Origin: an uncultured bacterium
Lineage (GTDB): Bacteria > Patescibacteriota > Minisyncoccia > UBA6257 > GWB1-50-10
Length of the DNA: 64,000 bases
Reading direction: 5' to 3'
Assembly: GCA_963768835.1 (NCBI GenBank)
Contig: CAVYJB010000001.1
Span: 281,903-345,902, forward strand
Every line of letters begins with the position of its first letter. Within the stretch, counting starts at the first letter, position 1. The notes under the pieces are model-generated. The model worked only from the letters and a program-made list of their open reading frames with translations. It searched no databases and was not told where the DNA came from. Below are positions 36,033 through 43,121 of this stretch, piece by piece. Made by a program: the position numbers and the translations under genes.

Positions 36033-37125
36033 AGTATTTGAGTGCGAGGCCGGTTGCGAGAGCGAGCTTGGCGTTCAGGGACGGGATGGCGGGTTCGACG
36101 TCGGACGGATAATGGAGCTGCAGGAAAGGACGAGGTTCCGAGAGCTTCAGCTGCAGCCGGGCCGCCGCGTAGTCGCCGATGCCCGGAAGATTGGCGCCGC
36201 CGCCCACGAGCATCGCGCGTTCCACCGTTTTTCCTTTCCCTCCCTGGTAGATGCCTCGCACGCGTTCGGCTTCCTGTATTATAACATCCAGAAACGGCTC
36301 GAGCGAGGTCGATAATTCGCTTTCTCCGCCGAACCCGAGGAGACCCCGGCGGCATTTGAGTTCTTCGGCCCGCCACGCGCTTACATCGAGGCTCCGCGCC
36401 AGGGCCTGCGTCAGGGCCACACCGCCATAGTCGGTCTGGCCGGTTTGCTTCAGGGCTCCGCCCTCCACCACCGCGAGTCCCGTCGATTCCGCTCCGATAT
36501 CGATGATGAGCGTCGGTGGATCCGCCGCAGTGAGGAGCGAACGGATCAGGGCATGGCTCTCGACCTCGATGGAGGAGAGCGGAATCCCCGCCATCTGGAA
36601 GATGTTCTTGTACCGCTGGAGCGTCTCATTGGGGATCGCGGTAAGGAGGATGCGCTGGAATTGCTGTCCCTTGTCGTTCTCATACTCCTCCACCTTCGTC
36701 CAGTCGAGCGTCGCCTTCTCCGGCGGGATGGGGATATACTGCCGTGCCTGGAAGAAAAGCGACTGCTGGGTCTCCGCCGGAGAAAGCATGGGCATCTCGA
36801 TCGGAACGACGAAGACCCCGAAGAGCGGCACGGACGCGACCACATGATCCACGCCCGGGCGCATGTCCCGCAGCAGGGTCTTGAGGAGCACCGCGGTATC
36901 TTTCTCTACCAGCTTGAACGAGGTGGTCTGGATGACCTCGTTCGAGCGCTCCAGATACTCCTTCTTTTCGAGAATGCCGTAGTTCACGAGCTTCACGGCA
37001 TCCGCCGTCCGCTCAACCTCGACGGCTTTTATGGAAACCGTGCCGATATCCACGCCCAGCGTGCGTTTATATTTCAGAAACTGGAAAACATCGCCGAAAA
37101 AATCGCTAAGGATACCGAATCGCAT
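36001..37125 (-). CDS. pilM: type IV pilus assembly protein PilM (actin-like ATPase)
   Basis: LGVDIGTVSIKAVEV... actin-fold phosphate-1 motif; 374 aa. The coding strand has TGgTAGAAT, then 6 nt, then the ATG. Confidence 0.8.
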   Translation of the reverse strand: MRFGILSDFFGDVFQFLKYKRTLGVDIGTVSIKAVEVERTADAVKLVNYGILEKKEYLERSNEVIQTTSFKLVEKDTAVLLKTLLRDMRPGVDHVVASVPLFGVFVVPIEMPMLSPAETQQSLFFQARQYIPIPPEKATLDWTKVEEYENDKGQQFQRILLTAIPNETLQRYKNIFQMAGIPLSSIEVESHALIRSLLTAADPPTLIIDIGAESTGLAVVEGGALKQTGQTDYGGVALTQALARSLDVSAWRAEELKCRRGLLGFGGESELSTSLEPFLDVIIQEAERVRGIYQGGKGKTVERAMLVGGGANLPGIGDYAAARLQLKLSEPRPFLQLHYPSDVEPAIPSLNAKLALATGLALKYYATTRGVPNR

Positions 37126-37167
37126 GTCTCCATTCTACCACAGTACTCCGCGACCGCGTGCGGGCGA

Positions 37168-37198
37168 CAAAACCCCGCTCCGGAGGAGCGGGTTTTGA
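37168..37198. terminator. rho-independent terminator between the giant Ig-repeat gene and pilM
   Basis: AAAACCCCGCTCCggagGAGCGGGGTTTT. Confidence 0.65.
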
Positions 37199-37219
37199 GT
37201 CCGAGAAAAGGAGGTGCGG

Positions 37220-40200
37220 TTAGTGCTCGATCCAGTGGCGCAGTTTCACTCCGCCGCCGCCGCTTCCGCTCACGCTCTTCTGCACCGCGCAGATGTCGGT
37301 CCCCATGCCGGGATCGGTCACGGTGAGCGTCACGGGGGTCGAGGCGCCCGTCGGGAAGGTTGTGGTGGCTACCATGGTCGTGCTGCCGAAACTCCAGTTC
37401 CAGTTCCAGCTCGGCACCGGATAGGTACCGTCCACGGTCGTGCGGTCGATGGAGATGGGCGGCGAGGCGTCCATGGTATACGTGTAGGGAGTGGTCGCCG
37501 GAGCCACGGGCGCCGCCACGACCCAGCTGAAGTCGATGAGCGGATAGTAGTGGTTCGCCATCGTGATAGCTTCGGTCGCCGTCGCGTCTGGCGAGTTACC
37601 TGCCGCTGAAGCATCCGTCGCTCGGACCGACACTGAATAGGTCTGGCCGGGGGTGAGCCGGAAAGGACTCGATACATCCCCAGCGATGGAATGGCTGATC
37701 GGATCGTGGAGTGCGTACGTTAAGGGATTGGGAGAGATATCGTCGAATTTCTTACCCCCGTCCGTCGAGAAGAAGTGGACATACGCCGTTGAGGGAACGG
37801 TCAATGCCCCGTCCTGGAAATCCCACGTCACCTCGAGATAGGGGTCCGTGCACCACGGGCTGCTGTCCGCCGTGAAGCCCGTAAGATCGTAGACGAGCTT
37901 CAGGTGGACGTTCGAGACCACGGGCACCCCGACACCGTTCGCGACATTCACCTGGATAGGCGCGGAGGTGCCGCTGTCCCCCGCCGAGTCATAGGCAATC
38001 GCCGTGATGGTATGGGTGCCGCTCCACCCGGCCGTGTTCCAGCTGGTGGCGTAGGGGGCGTGGGTCGATTCCGGGCCTACGAACGCTCCGTCCACCATGA
38101 ACTGCACATAGGTGATGGTACCGGAGTTCGTCGAAGCGGTGGCGGCGATGTCCACGAGACCGTTCACGGTCGCGTTCCATGCCGGGGAGGTGATGGTTAC
38201 TATCACGCCGCTGTTGCCGCCCGCGACGGATACGGTGATGACTCGCGAGGAAGCGACGTCCCCTGCCGAGTCATGCCCCACCGCCCACAGGTAGTGGCTG
38301 GAACCGGGGGCGAGGCTAATGGTGTTCCAGGGAGCGGTGTAGGGAGCAACGGGGTCCGTCCCAACACGCGTGCCATCCGCATAGAATTCCACGCTTGTGA
38401 CGGAACCGGCGTCGGTCGAGGCGGTGGCCGCCAGCGGGACCGAGCCCTGCGCGACGGTCGCGCCATCCGCCGGAGCTGTCATATTTACCGTGAGATGGCC
38501 GGAGCAGCTGGGACATCCCGCGATCGTCACGGTGACGGGCTGAGAGGCTCCATTGCTTCCGCTCGAATCCGTTGCCTGGGCCGTCAGCACATGCTGGGAA
38601 CCGGCAGCGAGGCCCGTCGTGTTCCACGCCACGGCGTAAGGAGCGGTCGTTTTCGTACCGATGCTCGTTCCATCCACCAGGAACGTCACGCCGGTGATAC
38701 TGCCGATATTGGTCGAGGCGATGGCGGCGATGTTCACGACACCCGAGACAGTCGCACCGTTCCCAGGAGCCGTGACCGCGACCGTCACGGTGCTCACCGC
38801 GCCTCCGATGGTCACGCTCACCACCGAAGAATTCTTCGTGTCGCCGGCGGAGTCGTATGCAATCGCCCAGAGCGTGTGCGTGGAGCCCGTGGAGAGACCG
38901 GAGGTGTTCCACACCGCGGTGTAGGGGCTCGTAGCATCGGTGGTAAGGAGCACCCCGTCCCTGTAGAACTCCACCTTCGTGATGGCGCCGGCGTCGGTCG
39001 AGGCGGTGGCCGCGACCGTCACCATGCCCTGCGAAACCACCGCATTGTTCGCGGGAGCCGTGATACTCACCGTGATATGGCCAGTGCAGGTGGGGCAGCC
39101 CGCGATCGTCACGCCGATCGGCGTGGCCGCGGCTGTGTTGCCCGCCGAATCGGTCGCCTGAGCCGTAATGACATGCTGGGAACCGGCGGCGAGGCCCGTC
39201 GTGTTCCACGCCATGGTGTACGCGGGAGTTGTCTTCGTACCGATGCTTACTCCGTCCACGAAGAAGGTGACTCCCGTCACCGAACCGGCGGTGCTCACGG
39301 CGGTGGCCGCGATGTTCACAATGCCGCTCACCTGGGCACCGTCCGCAGGCGCAGTGATATTAACCGTCAGCGTGCCTCCGCCACCCGAGATAGTCACGTT
39401 CACAGGCTGGGAAATTCCTGTGGAACCGGAGGAGTCTATCGCCTGGGCCGTCAGCACATGCTGGGAACCGGCGGTGAGACCGCCCGTATTCCAGGTCGCG
39501 GTGTAAGGTGCGGTTGTTTTTGTACCGATACTTGTACCGTCCGCGAAGAACTGCACGCTCGTGATAGCGCCGTTCAGGGAGGAGGCGGTCGCCGCGATGG
39601 TCACAAGGCCCTGGGGCACGGTGGCGCCGTTGCCAGGAGCCGTGATGGTCACGGTCACGCCGCCGCCGCCATTCTGGATTGTCACCGTTACTTTCGGGGA
39701 AACGCCGGTGTTGCCCGCCGAATCCGTGCCGCGCGCCACAAGGTCATGCGAGGAGCCGGGCGTAAGGCTCAGAGTGTTCCACGCTATCGTGTAAGGAGCG
39801 GTTGTTTTCGTACCGACGATTGCCCCGTCCACGTAGAACTGCACATTCGAGATGGACCCGCTGTTCGTCGATGCGGTCGCCGCAATGGTCACGGTGCCCT
39901 GCGCGACCGTCGCGCCATCGGCGGGTGCGGTGATGGTGACGGTCACGGTGCCGGTGCAGCCAGAACAGTTTTTCACGGTCACCGTGACCGGCGTCGAGAT
40001 ATTCGTGTTGCCCGCCGAGTCCGTCGCCTGGGCCGTCAGGGTGTGCTGGCCGTCATTGATGAGAATCGTGTTCCAGGAAGCGGTATAGGGAGTGGTCGCC
40101 TTGGAGGAGAGGCTCGCACCGTCCACGTAGAACTCGACATTCGTGATCGTACCCGCATCACTCGATGCGGTCGCCGCGATGTTCACGAGACCGCTCACCT

Positions 40201-41512
40201 GCGCACCATTCGCCGGCGCCGTGAGATTGACAGTCACATGGCCACCGGTTCCGCCGCCGATCGTAACGTTGATGGATGCAGAAGCCGTATTGCCCGCCGA
40301 GTCCGTCGCGGTGACCTTAATGGCATGAATGGAGCCCGCGGTAAGGCTGGCGGTGTTCCAGGCTACGGTGTAAGGAGGAGCACTAACCGAGGAGAGGTTT
40401 GCGCCATCCACCTGGAACTGGACGTTCGTGATGGAGCCGCTATCGCTCGATGCGGTGGCCGCGATGTTTACGAGGCCCGAAACGGTCGCGTTGTTTGCGG
40501 GAGCCGTGATGGCGACTTGGACATGGCCCGGGCCACCGCCACCAATGGTCACCTGGACCGGCGGAGAGACCCCGAGATTGTTCTGGGAATCCGTCGCCTT
40601 GGCGGTAATCGTGTGGCTTGAGCCGGAAGTGAGCGCACTCGTGTCCCACGCTATGGTATAGGGAGCGGTCGTTTTCGTGCCGATGAGCGCACCGTCCACG
40701 TAGAACTGGACGTTCGAGATACTCGCGCCGGGCGCGTTCGTCGAGGCGGTGGCCGCAATGTTCACGGTGCCCTTAGGAACGGTGGCGCCATCTGCAGGGG
40801 CGGTGATGGCAACAGTTACGTAGGAGCAGGGTGGAGTGGTGCATCCGCCACCATTTTTCACTATCACCGAAACCGGCGCTGAGAAACCAATATGCCCCGC
40901 CGCATCCCCTGCGCTTGCCATCAAGGTGTGCGGACCATCCGTCGTGAGCGTGGAATTCCAACTGATCGTATAGAGACCGCCGGTCGGTGCGGTGGCGAGC
41001 CCGATGTTCACCGTTCCATCCAACCAGAATTGAACGCCCGTGATGGCGCCCGCGTTCGAGGATGCGGTTGCGGAGACCGGAACGGTGCCTTGGACCGTCG
41101 CACCGCTCGCGGGCGCGGTGATCGCCACCGAGATGGAGCTCGTCGCGCCCGTGTCGTCCGCCTGGACGATACACTTCGCGGCACCGTTGCAGTCACTCAA
41201 GGCAAGCCACCCATTCACTGTCGGCCCACCCCATGCAGCGCCCGTGAAGTTTCCGCTCACGGGATCGAAGGTCACGCCGTACGATTTCCCATTGCCAGCC
41301 GTTCCCCCAGCGATACCCACCCGTCCCAGCCGCCCAGCGTCGCGGGGTCCGCGTACCGCGGGAGGATGAAACGCGCCCAACCGCTCGTCTTCTGGGTCGC
41401 GAAGTTGAAGCGGGCCTCGCACGGGCCGGAGGGGCACCCGACGAGATCGCTTTGGTTGAAGGAGAGCCAGCCGTAGGTGTAGCTTCTCGCGCCAGCCTGC
41501 ACGGAGGCCCAT
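37220..41512 (-). CDS. giant surface protein, distal segment: about a dozen tandem Ig-like repeats plus a ~340-aa C-terminal domain
   Basis: Repeat unit ~95 aa, consensus V.(I/V)TAPA.GATV.G.V.IAATAS...G.I..V.F.VDG..(I/V)G....APY...WNT..L..GS.H.L.A.A.DSAG. The first ~75 codons of the listed ORF are Arg-rich and overlap the upstream ORF, so they are probably not translated in this frame. Confidence 0.65.
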   Translation of the reverse strand: MGLRAGWREKLHLRLALLQPKRSRRVPLRPVRGPLQLRDPEDERLGAFHPPAVRGPRDAGRLGRVGIAGGTAGNGKSYGVTFDPVSGNFTGAAWGGPTVNGWLALSDCNGAAKCIVQADDTGATSSISVAITAPASGATVQGTVPVSATASSNAGAITGVQFWLDGTVNIGLATAPTGGLYTISWNSTLTTDGPHTLMASAGDAAGHIGFSAPVSVIVKNGGGCTTPPCSYVTVAITAPADGATVPKGTVNIAATASTNAPGASISNVQFYVDGALIGTKTTAPYTIAWDTSALTSGSSHTITAKATDSQNNLGVSPPVQVTIGGGGPGHVQVAITAPANNATVSGLVNIAATASSDSGSITNVQFQVDGANLSSVSAPPYTVAWNTASLTAGSIHAIKVTATDSAGNTASASINVTIGGGTGGHVTVNLTAPANGAQVSGLVNIAATASSDAGTITNVEFYVDGASLSSKATTPYTASWNTILINDGQHTLTAQATDSAGNTNISTPVTVTVKNCSGCTGTVTVTITAPADGATVAQGTVTIAATASTNSGSISNVQFYVDGAIVGTKTTAPYTIAWNTLSLTPGSSHDLVARGTDSAGNTGVSPKVTVTIQNGGGGVTVTITAPGNGATVPQGLVTIAATASSLNGAITSVQFFADGTSIGTKTTAPYTATWNTGGLTAGSQHVLTAQAIDSSGSTGISQPVNVTISGGGGTLTVNITAPADGAQVSGIVNIAATAVSTAGSVTGVTFFVDGVSIGTKTTPAYTMAWNTTGLAAGSQHVITAQATDSAGNTAAATPIGVTIAGCPTCTGHITVSITAPANNAVVSQGMVTVAATASTDAGAITKVEFYRDGVLLTTDATSPYTAVWNTSGLSTGSTHTLWAIAYDSAGDTKNSSVVSVTIGGAVSTVTVAVTAPGNGATVSGVVNIAAIASTNIGSITGVTFLVDGTSIGTKTTAPYAVAWNTTGLAAGSQHVLTAQATDSSGSNGASQPVTVTIAGCPSCSGHLTVNMTAPADGATVAQGSVPLAATASTDAGSVTSVEFYADGTRVGTDPVAPYTAPWNTISLAPGSSHYLWAVGHDSAGDVASSRVITVSVAGGNSGVIVTITSPAWNATVNGLVDIAATASTNSGTITYVQFMVDGAFVGPESTHAPYATSWNTAGWSGTHTITAIAYDSAGDSGTSAPIQVNVANGVGVPVVSNVHLKLVYDLTGFTADSSPWCTDPYLEVTWDFQDGALTVPSTAYVHFFSTDGGKKFDDISPNPLTYALHDPISHSIAGDVSSPFRLTPGQTYSVSVRATDASAAGNSPDATATEAITMANHYYPLIDFSWVVAAPVAPATTPYTYTMDASPPISIDRTTVDGTYPVPSWNWNWSFGSTTMVATTTFPTGASTPVTLTVTDPGMGTDICAVQKSVSGSGGGGVKLRHWIEH
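38240..41180. repeat. array of divergent ~285-bp tandem repeats encoding the Ig-like modules
   Basis: The repeats are recognisable at the protein level and only partially at the DNA level. Antisense ORFs 37904..40621 and a ladder of short plus-strand ORFs (MxxPxxVxAVAAMFT...) arise from the same repeats. Confidence 0.6.
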
Positions 41513-42951
41513 GCGGCGCCCGAGAAGAGGCCGGAGAGGTTCACCTGCACGCTGTACTGGTGCGAGGGAGTGGAGAGCGAATTGAAGTCGACCCAGCCGA
41601 TGCCGGTGGGCGTCCCCGCAAGCTGCGCCAGGCCCGTCCAGGCGTGACCGCGGAGGATGAGTTTTACATTCAGGTCCGCGATGCCGACGCTCGAGTACTC
41701 GGAGTAGGATCCGCTCCCGAACTGCGCCCGCACGCGGTAGGCATAGACGGTTCCGAAGGGCACATTCGAATCCGTTACCTTCAGGAGCGGTTGATTGGCG
41801 CCCGCGAGCACGGGAGAACCGAGCGGCGCGTACGCGCCGCCCAGGGGAGCTCGCTCCAGGACATAGTTTGTGTTCGGAAACGTGTTATTCCAGGAGAGGG
41901 TCACCTGCCCTTGCCCCGGCTTCGGCGCGATGGAAACGTACGTGACCGCGGCCGAGAAATTCTGCGGAGCGTTCCCGACCTGCACGTTCACGATGTTCGA
42001 GTAACTCGAGCAACCCGTGGCTCCGGTGACCGCGACGCAGCCGTGGACGGCATAGTAGTAGGAGGAGCCGGCCTGGAGCGTCGCATCAAGATAGCCTGTC
42101 GTGTTTCCGCCGAGCGTGGCGAGGTGCTGGAGGTTGATGGGCGAGGTGCCGCGGAGAACCTCCATGCTCGACTGACCGACGCCGTTCACCCACGCGAGCT
42201 GGACCTGGCTCGGGACGCCGGGCCCGTTGTAGGTATACTGTCCGACGAGGCCTGTGGGCGCGGTCGGCACCGTCGCGGCGACTGTAGGAGCCGAGGGGGA
42301 CGCTTGGGAAAGATCACAGTTCGGGTCCCCTTGGACCGCGGTTACTTGGTAGCGAACGATACCCGCAGGAGGCGCCGGGTCCGTATAGGAATTCACCGCG
42401 ACGGTTCCGATCTGCGCGGGAAGATTGTCCTGGATGAGCGCGAAGGAGCCGCCTGAAGCGCCGGGCGCACGATAAATGCGATAAAAGGCGTTCGCCGGAT
42501 CCGAGAAGGTCGGTGGAGTCCAGGCGAGGAGCGGAAGACCGCCGTGTCCGTCCGCTGTGAACGCGGTCGGAACGGTCGGCGTCGGAATATCCGCCGTCGT
42601 GACGGAGGGCGGCGTCGAGAGCACCCAGGCCGTCAGAGGGTTCCCGCTTCCGTCCTGCCCTTGGATGCGGTACTGGTACGGGGTGTTCTTATTGAGTCCC
42701 GTGTGGGAAAAACTCGTGCCAGCCGTCACCGTGGCGAGCGTCCCCGCCGGGAAAAAGGAAGTGGTGGTATACTCCACACGATAGGTGGTAACCTGCGTGC
42801 CCGGAGTCCACGAGAGATCGATGCGGCAAGCGGTTACTGCCTTCGCTGTGAAGTTCGAAGGGGGTGTTTGGGCGTGGGCAATCGCGCCGACGAATGCGAG
42901 CGCAACCGAAAGCGCGAGTATCCCACCGAGCCTCCGTGTCATTAGTTCCAA
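41272..42951 (-). CDS. giant surface protein, proximal segment: signal peptide plus FN3-like domains; probably continuous with 37220..41512 across a frameshift
   Basis: MTRRLGGILALSVALAFVGAIAHAQ signal peptide. FN3-like modules (FTAKAVTACRIDLSWTPG...YRVEY; APQNFSAAVTYVSIAPKPGQGQVTLSWNN). It ends at 41272 inside a segment where the other frame already reads as Ig-repeat-like protein (GNGKSYGVTFDPVSGNF...). Confidence 0.65.
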   Translation of the reverse strand: MELMTRRLGGILALSVALAFVGAIAHAQTPPSNFTAKAVTACRIDLSWTPGTQVTTYRVEYTTTSFFPAGTLATVTAGTSFSHTGLNKNTPYQYRIQGQDGSGNPLTAWVLSTPPSVTTADIPTPTVPTAFTADGHGGLPLLAWTPPTFSDPANAFYRIYRAPGASGGSFALIQDNLPAQIGTVAVNSYTDPAPPAGIVRYQVTAVQGDPNCDLSQASPSAPTVAATVPTAPTGLVGQYTYNGPGVPSQVQLAWVNGVGQSSMEVLRGTSPINLQHLATLGGNTTGYLDATLQAGSSYYYAVHGCVAVTGATGCSSYSNIVNVQVGNAPQNFSAAVTYVSIAPKPGQGQVTLSWNNTFPNTNYVLERAPLGGAYAPLGSPVLAGANQPLLKVTDSNVPFGTVYAYRVRAQFGSGSYSEYSSVGIADLNVKLILRGHAWTGLAQLAGTPTGIGWVDFNSLSTPSHQYSVQVNLSGLFSGAAWASVQAGARSYTYGWLSFNQSDLVGCPSGPCEARFNFATQKTSGWARFILPRYADPATLGGWDGWVSLGERLAMGNRTA

Positions 42952-43044
42952 TTATAGCATACCGCCGTTACACTTCTCGGCCCACCAAGAGGAGGGGCGA
43001 TGCTCTATCTGTATATTGTAGATACGCATGTCGCGAAGAATGAC

Positions 43045-43070
43045 AAAAGGGAGCCCTCAGGTTCCCTTTT
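43045..43070. terminator. hairpin flanked by A-run and T-run downstream of the glycine-rich protein gene
   Basis: AAAAGGGAgccctcaggtTCCCTTTT. Confidence 0.4.
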
Positions 43071-43121
43071 GTATCGACTCTCCTATCTTAGCCCGCCCTG
43101 TCCTTATCTAATTGGAATTTA

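Noticed and set aside
37904-40621. 905-aa plus-strand ORF plus a ladder of short plus-strand ORFs (MxxPxxVxAVAAMFT...) across the Ig-repeat array
   Set aside because: These are antisense translations of the tandem repeats; their periodicity mirrors the repeat unit. The minus-strand protein has clear Ig-like modular structure.
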